This document shows, piece by piece, positions 23,345 through 35,759 of a DNA stretch of 64,000 nucleotides (its first letter is position 1; each line of letters begins with the position of its first letter). Source of the stretch: Octopus sinensis (lineage: Eukaryota). The stretch is taken from contig NC_043004.1 in assembly GCF_006345805.1 (NCBI RefSeq), positions 37,882,001-37,946,000 on the forward strand. The letters run 5' to 3'. The position numbers and the translations under genes were made by a program. The notes beneath the pieces are model-generated. The model did no database searches. It saw only the letters and a list, made by a program, of their open reading frames with translations, and was not told the origin of the DNA.

Positions 23345-24479
23345 CCCGGTAAACTGACATCTGATTATTCAGAGAAATTTCAAATGTAAGTGTTAGCAGC
23401 TTCTCTTGAAAATCGACGAAATTTGGTGTCATGCCGTAATCAAATGCCTGCAGAAAAAAGGGTTTAGCTCTCAAGGACATTCATGCCAACATGGTTGGTA
23501 CATTAGGGGATGACGCTCCAGCTTTATCAACAGTACAAAAGTGGCAGCTGAATTTAGCAGGGGAAGAGTTTTGAGAAGATCCATGCTCTGGATGTCCTGC
23601 AGCTACCACCACCACCGAGGAAAACATTGATCGCGTTCACCACATGGTGATGGATAACATGCGATTGATTATAAAGAAAATAATCAATATTATTAGCATA
23701 TCCCATGAGAGAGTGAAGAATATTCTGCACAAGGAACTTATCATGACGAAGTTTTCTGCTTGGTGGGGGCCACGTCTTCTGACACTTGGTCAAAAGCACA
23801 TCAGACTAGTTACATTATGGGAATATCTAACATTGTTTGGTGTAGATCCAGCTTGTTTCCTTGAACGTTTCCTAAACTAGGATGTGTGTTGGCTTCATCG
23901 CTCAGAACCAGAAACAAAGAGGCAATCCATGCAGTGGAAACAATCCTCTTCACCTGCTCTAAAGAAGGCAAGGTCGTTTCATCTGCAGGGAAGGTGAATG
24001 TCTCAGTTTTTTGAAATGCAAAAAGCATTATGTTTGACTATGTTCAAAATGATAACCCCGTTAATAGAGAGATCTATGCCAACTTGCTAAGGCAGTTACG
24101 AAAGGCTATCAAGACCAACGCCCAGAAAAAATGATGAAGGGGGTCTTGTTTCATTAGGACAATACTTAAGTCCTTGGTTTCAATGGTTGCTTGCGTAACT
24201 GGCTTTGAACTGGTTGATCACCCTCACCTATTTTAGTGATTTGAGTCCATTTGACCATCATCGGTTTCCCAACACGAAAAAACACTTCATTGGGCACCAG
24301 TAACGCTTTTCTGCCGTTGATGACCATTTTAACCAACAGGATAGCTTCTTGTGATCCAAGCACTGCAACACTAATAGAAGTAAGACAGTAAGAGGAACTA
24401 TGTTAAAAAATTAACTTCATTTGGCCACATTCCATGAGGATGTCTTGCTCAGCCTATGAGCATTTCAGCCGACTCTCAT
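23345..24479 (+). mobile_element. Degraded mariner (irritans/Hsmar2-like)
   Basis: Pieces IWCHAVIKCLQKKG, EENIDRVHHMVMD, KFSAWWGPRLLT (WVPRLLT), SAGKVNVSVF; right TIR remnant cagcctatgagcatttcagccgactctcat. Confidence 0.8.
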
Positions 24480-24877
24480 GATAAAAATTATTATTATACC
24501 TGCATTTGTACTGATATTAACACTGAAAAAATCCACACATTTTCGTAAAAAATTTGGACCTGTGTTCGCACCCTCGAAGCAAATTTCGTTCCCGGACCAC
24601 TGAACGTAGGTATTGTACCTGTACTTACTAGCATTTTAAAATAATAGCTTAGTTAATCATATTAAAGTGCATATTTTCACCTCGAGTATTTTAACTTGCA
24701 TAACCAAGATTCTATTTTGTGGCATAATCAGATTAATTAATACATCAGTACTCTGGACTAGATAATAATTTGGGCTTGTTCATTGAGTTCTTTATATAAA
24801 TCCTTTACACATGAAATATTTCTTGTTATCGTGAGAAACTTTTTATTTCTGTGTGTGTGTTTGTGTGTTTGCTTGTT

Positions 24878-24918
<41 letters not shown>

Positions 24919-24960
24919 GTATGTGCTCGAGCGTGCGTACGTACATGTGTATGCGAGTAT

Positions 24961-24998
<38 letters not shown>

Positions 24999-25065
24999 TT
25001 ATATGTATGATATATACATATATATTATATATATATATTATATATATTATATAATATATATATAT

Positions 25066-25125
<60 letters not shown>

Positions 25126-25527
25126 GGCGCAGGAGTGGCTGTGTGGTAAGTAGCTTGCTAACCAACCACATGGTTCCGGGTTCAGTCCCATTGCGTGGCA
25201 TCTTGGGCAAGTGTCTTCTGCTATAGCCCCGGGCCGACCAATGCCTTGTGAGTGGATTTGGTAGACGGAACTGAAAGAAGCCTGTCGTATATATGTATAT
25301 ATATATATGTATGTGTGTGTGTTTGGTACTGTGTTTGTTCCCCTAGAATTGCTTGACAACCGATGCTGGTGTGTTTACGTCCCCGTCACTTACGGTTCGG
25401 CAAAGAGACCGATAGAATAACTACGGGCTTACAAAAAATAAGTCCCGGGGTCGAGTTGCTCGACTAAAGGCGGTGCTCCAGCATGGCGGCAGTCAAATGA
25501 CTGAAACAAGTAAAAGAGTAAAAGAGT
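25126..25527 (+). mobile_element. Family A SINE inserted in a (TA)n tract
   Basis: Full head-to-tail match to family A. Confidence 0.9.
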
Positions 25528-25532
25528 ATATA

Positions 25533-26700
25533 CAGGGTGCGTAAGGTATTTGAGGACATACGTTTTTATGGTCATTGTTGCATTTTTGGCTTACTCTGTG
25601 TAATCTTTGTTTCAGAAAATAATAAATGGCAGACCCTCAGCTTACTCAAGATGCATGCTCTTATTTAGGTTATAAAGGCTGAGCATAGCGATTTAGAAAT
25701 ATCTCGAATTTTAAAAGTTGCCATATCTTTCGTCTACACAGTTTGTAAAGAGCTAAAGACTAAAGATGGAAACGTATCACCAGTATTAAAGCATAAAAAA
25801 CATTCTAAACACTCTGAAATCATCAGAATACTTGAATTTATTCAGCGAGTTGAACAGACCATTGATTACAACCCGAGAAAGTCCATGAGGTCAATTGCAA
25901 AAGATCTCCATGTGTCAGAAGGAACAATGAAAAATGTTGTCCACGAAGATATCAGGTATAAGTCTTATATAATGAAGGAAGGTCAATTTGTCCGAAAAAG
26001 CAAAATAAAATATCACTACATCAGATCTAGAAGGCTTTAAACAAACTGAAAACTCCAGCAGCAGATTTGATTTGGTTTTTCTCGAACGAAAAAACTTTGA
26101 CCAAGATCAAAAAGTTAACAGAAGAAATGACAGATGGTTATGTGCAGACCCTTCTGAAGTTCCAAGTGCTACGCATACAGAATTTCCTGCAACTATCAAG
26201 GTTTTAGGGGTTGTCAGCAATGAAAGACAAGTGATGCCTCCTTACTTCTTTCCACAAGGTCTTAGAGTTAACTCTGCCGCCTACATTGTGGTCCTGGATA
26301 TAATTGTTAAGCCCTGGACAGACAGTATATGCAATAGAAGGCCATATGAATTCCAGTAATACCCTGCACTATCACACACGGCTCTAGTAACACAGGAATG
26401 GATGGTTAAAAATTTTTATGATCACATAGCCTCAAACATATGGCCTCCTAATTCCCCAGATCTCAATCCATTGGACTATTACACGTGGAGCGTTGTTGAG
26501 GGAGAGGTCAATGAACACATCCGTAAAACCAAAGATTCTATGAAAGCTGCCATAGTCAGAGTAATGTCGAAAATGAATCAGGACCACTTGATTCGAGTAT
26601 GCAGGTGATTTAGATCTCATATAGAAGCAGTTGTTGAAGCTGATTGAATAGCATTTTTTTAATAAACATAAATCTACTCTCAAATATCTTACACACCCTG
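25533..26700 (+). mobile_element. maT/Bmmar1-like (DD37D) Tc1/mariner element, decayed
   Basis: 21-bp TIRs cagggtg(c/t)gtaag(g/a)tatttga with TA flanks. Translation FDQDQKVNRRNDRWL...VLGVVSNE...WPPNSPDLNPLDYY; 37 residues lie between the position of the second D (now Y) and the third D. Confidence 0.85.
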
Positions 26701-26855
26701 TATATATATATATATCTCAAGATTAATCAGCCGAAATTGCGAAGATGATCCGGTTATTGACTGATGACTGAGGGCTTCGAATGTCCCGTCCTGTGGTTCT
26801 TGTGTCGTCTTCTAGGTGTTTCACGTTCTTGTCCCAGTTTGTATATATTTTTTAC

Positions 26856-26918
<63 letters not shown>

Positions 26919-27168
26919 TATTTTACTTGTGTCAGTCATTTGACTGTGGCCATGCTGGAGCACCGCCTTTAGTCGAGCAAATCGACCCCAGAACTTATTC
27001 TTTGTAAGCCTAGTATTTATTCTATCGCTAAGTTACGGGGACGTAAACACACCAGCATCGGTTGTCAAGCGATGTTGGAGGGACAAACACAGACACAAAC
27101 ACACACACACACGCACACACCATATATAATACATATATACATATATACATATATATACATATATATAT

Positions 27169-27214
<46 letters not shown>

Positions 27215-27407
27215 CTATATATATATATATATAGTATATATATATATACGGGCTTCTTTCAGTTTCTGTCTACCAGATCCACTCACAAGGCTTTGGTCGA
27301 ACCGAGGCTATAGTAGAAGACACTTGCCCAAGGTGCTACGCATGGGACTGAACCCGGAACCATGTGTTTAGTAAGCAAGCTACTTACCACACAGCCACTC
27401 CTGCGCC
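26919..27407 (-). mobile_element. Family A SINE
   Basis: Reverse complement of family A with an internal (TA)n tract. Confidence 0.9.
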
Positions 27408-27440
27408 TATATATATATATATATATATTATTATATATAT

Positions 27441-27514
<74 letters not shown>

Positions 27515-27519
<5 letters not shown>

Positions 27520-27842
27520 TCATCCAAACAAGAAAGCACAAAAAAACACAACAACGCGTGGACGTGGAACAAATATAGTATTATTGACGCTCAGGAAAGA
27601 AGGAAGAAGAAGGTTTAAACGTTTTCGAGCGAGCTCTTCGTCGGAACATAGGAGAAGGAAAGATCCAGAGAAGGGAAGACACAGGAAAAAAAATTCGCCA
27701 ATGGTACACACGAGGTCACACACACACACATCAATTAACTTCCACTTTAATCTTTATGCTTTCCAGCACCGTTGACTGTTCGCTAATGGATCAATATATT
27801 CCTGAAAAAGGGAGGCACAAAGGATCGTCAGATTTAGTCCAA

Positions 27843-27845
<3 letters not shown>
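27515..27845 (-). mobile_element. Penelope-like (pseudo-LTR) remnant between microsatellites
   Basis: Minus-strand motif ccgacgaagagctcgctcgaaaacgtt, a hammerhead-like signature typical of PLE termini; family assignment is inference. Confidence 0.5.
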
Positions 27846-27928
<83 letters not shown>

Positions 27929-28189
27929 AGTCTCTCTCTCTCTCTCTCTATCTATGTTTATATATTTTTATTCTTTTATTCTTTTACTTTAGTCATTTGA
28001 CTGTGGTCATGCTGGAGACACGCATACACTTGTATATAAATACACACACACACGCATGCGCGCACACACACACACACGCACACACATATATAATGATATC
28101 AACGAAGATGGTGCTGCTAGCGATGGTGGTGGTATGAAGATGGTGATAAAAGAGGGTGGAGGAGGAGGAGGAAGAGAAGAAAATGTTGA

Positions 28190-28280
28190 TGATGATAGTG
28201 ATGATGACGGTGATAATGATGATGACGGCGACGACGACGACGATGACGACGGTGATGATGATGATGATGTGATGATGATG
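28190..28280. repeat. (GAT/GAC)n compound microsatellite
   Basis: Mixed gat/gac/ggt trinucleotide run. Confidence 0.85.
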
Positions 28281-28970
28281 ATAAAGAACAAGCTTTACAA
28301 AAACACCGCATTGAAAGAATTGTTATGAAAACAGAACTGGGAAATCGAAACCAAATAGACTGAGGCTATCCATAGCAGTTATATGGTGTGTAGACATTTG
28401 TGCGTGCGCGTGTGCGTGTGTGCGTGTGTGTGTTGTGTGTGTGTATGTGTGTGTGTGTACATGTGGCGAGAAGTGTACATTACCTGTATCTGTGTGTATG
28501 TATACAGCTAGGTATGTGAGTATGCATTTGTGTATATGTGCGTTTATACAGGTATGTGTATGAGTTATATATATATACTATATATATATATTATATATAT
28601 ATATAATTGTGTGTTGTAATATATATATATATATGTGTGTGTGTGTGTATATATGTATATATATATATATATATTATATATATATATATATATGTACGGG
28701 TGTATGTGTGCACTTATGCGATAGATTGTGTATGTGAGAGTAGCGCAGTTCTACGAACCTGTGTTTTTGTATGCATGATTGGTGTGTGTGTGTTGTGTGT
28801 GGTGTGTGTGTGTGGTGTGTGTGTGGTGGCATGTGTTTTGGCTTGGGTGGTTGGGTGTGTGTGTGTTAAATAGTTCGCTCTTTAATGGTTAAAAACTAAT
28901 AAAGAAGATAAAGAACTAATATAAAATTTCAACTGTAAGTGAACAAACAATCACACTCTGAGCAGACAAA

Positions 28971-28997
<27 letters not shown>

Positions 28998-29004
<7 letters not shown>

Positions 29005-29038
29005 CGCGCATACACATACACAATCGCCCATACACATA

Positions 29039-29072
<34 letters not shown>

Positions 29073-29245
29073 CGCGCATACACATACACAATCGCCCATA
29101 CACATACACATAGACACACACACACACCTACGCGCATACACATACACAATCGCCCATACACATACACATAGACACACACACACACACACACCTACGCGCA
29201 TACACATACACAATCGCCCATACACATACACATAGACACGCACAC
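28998..29245. repeat. Minisatellite embedded in (CA)n
   Basis: cctacgcgcatacacatacacaatcgcccatacacata at ~29001, 29069, 29127 and 29191, separated by variable (CA)n. Confidence 0.85.
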
Positions 29246-29368
29246 ACACACACCGATACACACAAATACAAAGAAAAAATATATGGATGAATCGATACAT
29301 GTTTATAGAAATATACAAACGACATGTATACAGTTATGCACAATTATCATTCTTTCTACTTCAGTACA

Positions 29369-29407
<39 letters not shown>

Positions 29408-29411
29408 TACA

Positions 29412-29967
29412 CGAGGGGGTGCTGAAAAGTTTCTGGCCTTGGGTAAAAGAAAATAAAGGAGGATCAGTTAATTATTGATTTTATTCAATACTAGCACTAT
29501 GACGCGGCAACGCCGGGTCATAGTGCTTGTGCATGCATATACAGCTGCGTGCGTGTACACATACACGCGAGTACTGTTCAATCACGTACAGCTAGCTGGC
29601 ATTCAATTGGCGTATCAAGTTCCGGGCATTTTGATTGGGTTTTGGATAGAATATTCACAAAAATGTCACTTCTATTGATTTTTTAATGGCTTTGCAGGGT
29701 GATTGGGGAAACGTAAAGATGTGCATGACCACCCTTGGACGGTTTTGAATGACCATAGAAAGTGCGAGCCCTCTAACTGAAAAATTGTGGATTTGTATAA
29801 AGGACACACACACAGACATTTTGCCGTTTATATATAGAGATATTCTGCTCTTAGATTCACACCCTTACTGCAGCGGTCCTTCAGTTTTTCTAAGCCCAGT
29901 AAAAGAACCCAGGAGATTGGGCCTTCAGCGATACCCTTAAAACCAGGAACGTTTCAGCACACCCTCG
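29412..29967. mobile_element. Mariner-derived MITE hosting a Helitron-like insertion
   Basis: TIRs cgagggggtgctgaaaagtttctgg / ccaggaacgtttcagcacaccctcg, followed by TA on the right. Confidence 0.75.
29490..29841 (+). mobile_element. Helitron-like non-autonomous element
   Basis: 5' actagcactatgac-loop-gtcatagtgct hairpin; 3' cagacattttgccgtttatatatagagat; same architecture as 18522-19037. Confidence 0.65.
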
Positions 29968-30413
29968 TATATACGTACTCCTATATCGTATATATACACA
30001 CGCATGTGTATTCATATACACATATGTGTGTATGCGATGTAGGTGTGTGTATACAGGTTAGAGCGAGCGAGAGAGAGAGAGAGAGAGAAGGGAGGGGGAA
30101 ATGTTTACAGAAGACATAAATATAAATATTGGGTCTATATAACCACAAAAAATTTAGCTGGCATGGAAACAACAAATATAGAAATATAGTTTTAGATGCA
30201 GGCGCATATAAACTCTTTACGAGATACATAAAACACACATGCACACACACGTACACACTTACACACACACACTTACACACACACACACACGGAGATGAAT
30301 ATATTCATACATATTTATAGTTAAGTATGTTGTTCTATCTTGGGAGGGTCATTTTTGCCTTTATGAAACACTCGCACTGGTTATATTTAACATTTTGCTT
30401 TTAATAGTCAACT

Positions 30414-30557
30414 AGACGCAGGAGTGGCTCTGTGGTAAGTAGCTTGCTTACCAACCATATGATAAAGGAAAAAAATCAAAAAGTGCAAGTAGATCAACAA
30501 TTTCATATCTAGTGTGTGCTTGTGTGTGTGTGTGTATGTGTACCTGTGTGATTTTAT

Positions 30558-30600
<43 letters not shown>

Positions 30601-30680
30601 AATTTGTTCGTTTGTCCTCCCACAATCGTTTGACAACCGATGCTAGTGTGTTGACGTCCCTGTAATCTAGCGGTTCCGCA
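30414..30680 (+). mobile_element. Family A SINE pieces (head and mid-body) separated by foreign sequence
   Basis: Head gcaggagtggctctgtggtaagtagc at 30414-30458; body tttgacaaccgatgctagtgtg at ~30625-30680. Confidence 0.7.
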
Positions 30681-30689
30681 TATACGTAT

Positions 30690-31082
30690 TTCTTTACCAC
30701 CCACAAGGGCTAAACACAGGGAGGACAAACAAGGACAAACGGATTAAGTCGATTATATCGACCCCATGCGTAACTGGTACTTATTTAATCGACCCCGAAA
30801 GGATGAAGGCAAAGTCGACCTCGGCGGAATTTTGAACTTATAATTAACGCCAGATACCTATTTCTTTATTACCCACCAGGCTAAACACGAGGGGACAAAC
30901 AGAGACGACATAGGTATTAAGTCGATTACATCGACCCCAGTGCGTAACTGTACTTATTTAATCGACCCCGAAGGATGAAAGGCAAGTCGACCTCGGCGGA
31001 ATTTTGAACTCAGAACGTACGACAGACGAAATACGCTAAGCATTTCGCCCGGCGTGCTACGTTTTCTACCCAGCTCGCGCCG
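30690..31082 (-). mobile_element. Family B SINE dimer
   Basis: Two bodies with the junction ...gatacctatttcttt... near 30860. Confidence 0.8.
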
Positions 31083-31170
31083 CATATACACACACACATA
31101 CATACATACATACATACTACTACTACATACATACATACTACATACATACACACACACACATACCACACAT

Positions 31171-31240
<70 letters not shown>

Positions 31241-31383
31241 CCTGTCGAATTTATCCCTAATTTTGTGGTTATGGAACCTAGCTGTTCTTTCTAGCGTGTT
31301 GAATCCCACGAGTGGATTCCTCATGTGTTTAAATCTACACTGTATTTTATGACTATATATATATATATATATATATATTATAA

Positions 31384-31548
31384 ACGACGGGCTTCTTTCA
31401 GTTTCCGTCTACCAGATCCACTCACAAGGTTTTGGTCGGCCCGAGGCTATAGCAGAAGACACTTGCCCAAGGTGCCACGCAGTGGGACTGAACCCGGAAC
31501 CATGTGGTTGGGAAGCAAGCTTCTTACCATACAGCCACGCCTGCGTCT
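31384..31548 (-). mobile_element. Family A SINE 5' half
   Basis: Reverse complement of the head and CORE-like region, ending at the (TA)n site. Confidence 0.85.
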
Positions 31549-31561
31549 ATGACAGCCACGC

Positions 31562-31625
<64 letters not shown>

Positions 31626-32328
31626 CTGGTATACTGCTCTTACCGACGTCGATGATCTTCGTTTTTTTTTTTCAATACTCTTCTCTATCCTACAAGATTC
31701 ACCGGTTAACACACATACTTTCACATACCCCTGTCACACATACAAGCGCACAAACTCACGCGCACACACGCACACAAACAGACATTCAGACAAACGCTAA
31801 ATACCCTCCACCAGTCAGTGGTCGTTTAGTTTAAGTCTGTTGTTTGAGAAAAGACAATGTTGTATGATTTACAACGCAACGGATCCGATGTCTAATCATC
31901 GTGACTATTAGTGCAACTTTTGCTCTTACGTTAATAACTCTGCCCCTTTCCATACTCGCACTCGTAGCATGACTTGGCATTGTTACTGCCTGTTTCGTTG
32001 TTTTTTTTTGTGGTGAGTGTGAGCGTGAGTGCGATTGTCTTTGTGCTCGTGTGCGTGTCTGTGTAAGTATATTTAAAGCTAATTATATTCCTAGAAAACA
32101 CTCACAACTTTACACACGCACTCATGGACGCACGTACGCACGCACGCACGTACACGCACAAACACACAAGCACATGCACCCGCTTCCACAAAAACGCTCG
32201 TATAGAGATATACATACTTGACTGTCTATATGTGTGTGTGTGTGTGGTGTGTGTGCGTACTTATGGTATATATGTAAACGCCGTGTATATAGAGAGAAAC
32301 AGACATATATATATATATATATATATAT

Positions 32329-32537
32329 GTCCGAAGTCAGGACGCCATGATAGATCGTTAGCTCCTACACGCATTTTTTTTCTCTCCTTGTTTTTTTCTG
32401 TGTATCTTTCTGTCGAAGAGCGTAGGCTCGAAACGTAAAAGACTTTTTCTATTTCTATTCCTGAGCGCTATACAATACATTTGTTTGTTTGTACTCTACC
32501 TGCCTTCGTCTTTTGTTTATTTTCGTAAACTCTTCCG

Positions 32538-32538
<1 letters not shown>
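32329..32538 (+). mobile_element. Penelope-like remnant (family shared with 48841-49051) carrying a minimal hammerhead-like motif
   Basis: cgccatgatagatcgttag...ctgtcgaagagcgtaggctcgaaacgtaaaaga...cgtaaactct, flanked by (TA)n. Confidence 0.6.
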
Positions 32539-32606
<68 letters not shown>

Positions 32607-32618
32607 TTATATATAAAT

Positions 32619-33808
32619 CACGGTTTGGGTAAAATAATAGAAACACTTTAAAATTTCAAACAAATTTATTTTAATATGGGGTAGTAATTACTTGGCAGTA
32701 ATTACAGCTTGAATTCTACGAGGTATGGACTCGTACAAAGTTTGAATTGTTTCCAAAGGAATTTTTGTTCAGTCTTCACCTAAAACAGTCTCCAGTTCTT
32801 GTGGTGATGATGGTAGATGATATCGACCCCTTACCTGCACCATGAATGTTCACTAATGTTGATATTTGGGGACTGTGTGGCCAGATAAGATGTTCAGCTT
32901 TACTAGAATGTTTCTCGTGCCATTCAGGAGCATCTTTAACTGTGAATTGGTGCATTATCATCCTGAAAGATTGCATTTCCCTCCGGAAACAGTTCTGCAG
33001 CCATAGGATGAATTTGATAAGATAAAATGCTTAAATAGACTTGACTATTAATTCTTCCATGAAGATCCTCCTCAATGTTTAAAAGTTGGAAGAAGTTGGG
33101 TCAAATGCTTCTTTTGGCTGTCTCCACACATATACTCGGCCGGTGGTCGGAAATAAGGTAAAGGATGACTCGTCCGAGAAAATAACATTCTTCCATTGCT
33201 CTAGGGACCAATTCAGTAGGTTTTTACTCCAATCTAAATGCCTTGCAACGTTTGATTTTGAAAGTAGTGGTTTTCTGCTCGCAGGCCTCCCGTGAAATCC
33301 GGCTTTGTACAACTCCCGGCGAACAGTTTTTTGTAGAAACTGGGTTCTCAAGGTGGTCATTAAGCTCTGCAGTAATTTTGGGAGCTGTACGTTTGTGATC
33401 CTTTCTAACAATTCGCGTAAGAGTCCAACGATCCCTATCTGAAAGTTTTGGTTTTCTTCTGGAGTTTTGTTTCGACGAGGAGGTTTTTCCCTCTTTCTCA
33501 AAGGCTGTCATTACTTTCGAGACAGTACTTCTTGATGCACCAAACATTTCGGCTGTTTTCGTTACGCTAGCGCCTGCCATAGGAGCTCCAACAATTTGAC
33601 CTTTTTGAAAGTCCGATAGATCTGTCATTTTAATGAATTTTAATTACCTTCTTTCTGATGATATCTGAAAAGAAACAGTAATTTTAGCAAAACATTAAGC
33701 AACACTAATAATAAATCAAAAAACAATAAAGAAGCTTTTGATGGTTTGATTGATATTTCAAAATTATGATGCTATGATGCTTGGTGTTTCCATTATTTTG
33801 TCCAAATG
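32619..33808 (-). mobile_element. Near full-length decayed Tc1 (DD34E-type) element
   Basis: MTDLSDFQKGQIVGAPMAGASVTKTAEMFG (paired-like HTH), VIFSDESSFTLFPTTGRVYVWR, FQDDNAPIH; degenerate TIRs ...aaaataat(a/g)gaaacac. Confidence 0.9.
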
Positions 33809-34013
33809 TAAGATCCAGGGATCGAAGTGTAGGAAGAAAGCTTCGTGCAATCCGTAGTAAATATAAATAAACAACTTTGAGGGAACAATAGTGGTCTATT
33901 GAGACGGAATATTGCGGATTATTTTTCTTTATCGAAGAACGATGAGTAGAAAAAAGGTTCTTTTTATATTCCACCGTATGCGACCGGGATTACTGAGTGT
34001 TCGAAAAAGAATA

Positions 34014-34245
34014 CAGGAGTTACGGAATGGAGTAGGAAAAATCCGGGCAACATATGTTTCATAGCGAGTAGAATCTCACAAGTGGTAAAAATCCAAGTGA
34101 GGTGACCTTTAATCTAATCAAGATATCCTTAACCTGAAGTGTAGCCGGTGGTATACACCTCACTTGGATTTTACCACTTCTGAGGTTCCACTCGCTATGA
34201 AACATACGTAGCTCGGATTTTTCCTACTCCATTCCGTAACTCCTG
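34014..34245. mobile_element. Foldback MITE with TA target duplication
   Basis: Arms 34014-34104 and 34156-34245 are roughly 90% complementary (caggagttacggaatggagtagg... / ...cctactccattccgtaactcctg); TA on both sides. Confidence 0.85.
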
Positions 34246-34289
34246 TATATACATATATATACTCATTGGACTACGGCACTTCCTTGAAG

Positions 34290-34468
34290 AATTTTTAATC
34301 AAATGAATCGACCTCAGTACTTTTTCAAAGCCTGGTACTTATTCTATCGATCACTCTGGTCGAACCGCTAAGTTGCAGGAACGTAAACACACTAACACCG
34401 GTTGTGGGGGAAAGCACAGTCACAAAGACACACACACGCACACGCATGCACGTACACACGCACACATG

Positions 34469-34513
<45 letters not shown>

Positions 34514-34667
34514 GACGGGCTTCTTTCAGTTTCCGTTAACCAAATCCTCCCACAAGGCTTTGGTCGGCTCGAGGCTATATATAGTAGAATACACTTGCCC
34601 AAGGTGCCATGCAGTGGGACTGGACCCGGAACCTTGTGGTTGGGAAGCAAGTTTATCACACAGCCAC
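34290..34667 (-). mobile_element. Family A-related SINE, diverged
   Basis: Reverse complement of the family A head and body with internal (CA)n. Confidence 0.75.
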
Positions 34668-34699
34668 ACATATATATTGTATACACATAAATATATATG

Positions 34700-34758
<59 letters not shown>

Positions 34759-34763
34759 CGCTC

Positions 34764-34856
<93 letters not shown>

Positions 34857-34868
34857 TATATATAATAT

Positions 34869-34899
<31 letters not shown>

Positions 34900-35136
34900 T
34901 ATATATATAATTTTAAAATAAGGGTGAGAAATTAGATATTAATTTAATTACATCGATTTCACACCAGTGGTCTAGCATAAAAAAAACTATATATATATAT
35001 AATTATTGCACTGGATGGCGTACATTGTTTATCCTACCTACAACAGAACAGCAAACTCTGTCTCTGTCTGTCTCCCTTTCTCTATTTCTTTCACTTTGTG
35101 TATTTAGGTGTGTCTGTGTGTGTATATATATATATA

Positions 35137-35441
35137 ATCGGTCTCTTTTGCCGAACCGCTAAGTTATGGGCACGTAAACCCACCAGCATCAGTTGTCAAG
35201 CGATGCTGGTGGGGGGGGGGGGACAAACACAGACATACAAACATATATACACACACACAAATATAAATATACATATATACGACGGGCTTCTTTCAGTTTC
35301 CGTCCACCAAATCCACTCACAAGGCTTTCGTCGGCCCGAGGCTATAGTAGAAGACACTTGCTCAAGGTGCCATGCAGTGGGACTGAACCCAGACCATGTG
35401 GTTCGTAAGCAAGCTACTTACCACACAACCACTCCTGTGCC
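35137..35441 (-). mobile_element. Family A SINE, 3'-truncated
   Basis: Head at 35441; ends at gagaccgat. Confidence 0.85.
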
Positions 35442-35759
35442 TATGTTAATTTTTTTTTCTTTCAGCTCTGATTTCCATGTCTATCCAGCTTGAATTCAGT
35501 TAACAATTTATAAACAAGTTCACAGACTGGACATAAGTAAAGATTATTTCCAGAAAACGGCTGGCATGTTAGTTCGAGACTTCATAGCTTCTCCGACTTT
35601 AAATTGATTTTTAGCATTGACACAAATCTCGGCTATTTAGAAGAGGACAGAATCGATTAATGCAACATAGCGCACTCGCTGGGAGCTTTTCTCAAGCTTA
35701 CTACATTGATGTATTTTGTATGTTGATGAAGAAATCACATTCATTTTCTTGAGAAATTA

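Noticed and set aside
26755-26790. CTGATGA motif as another hammerhead
   Set aside because: No convincing stem II and no GAAA followed by a pairing stem III; the same applies to ctgacga on the minus strand near 27830.
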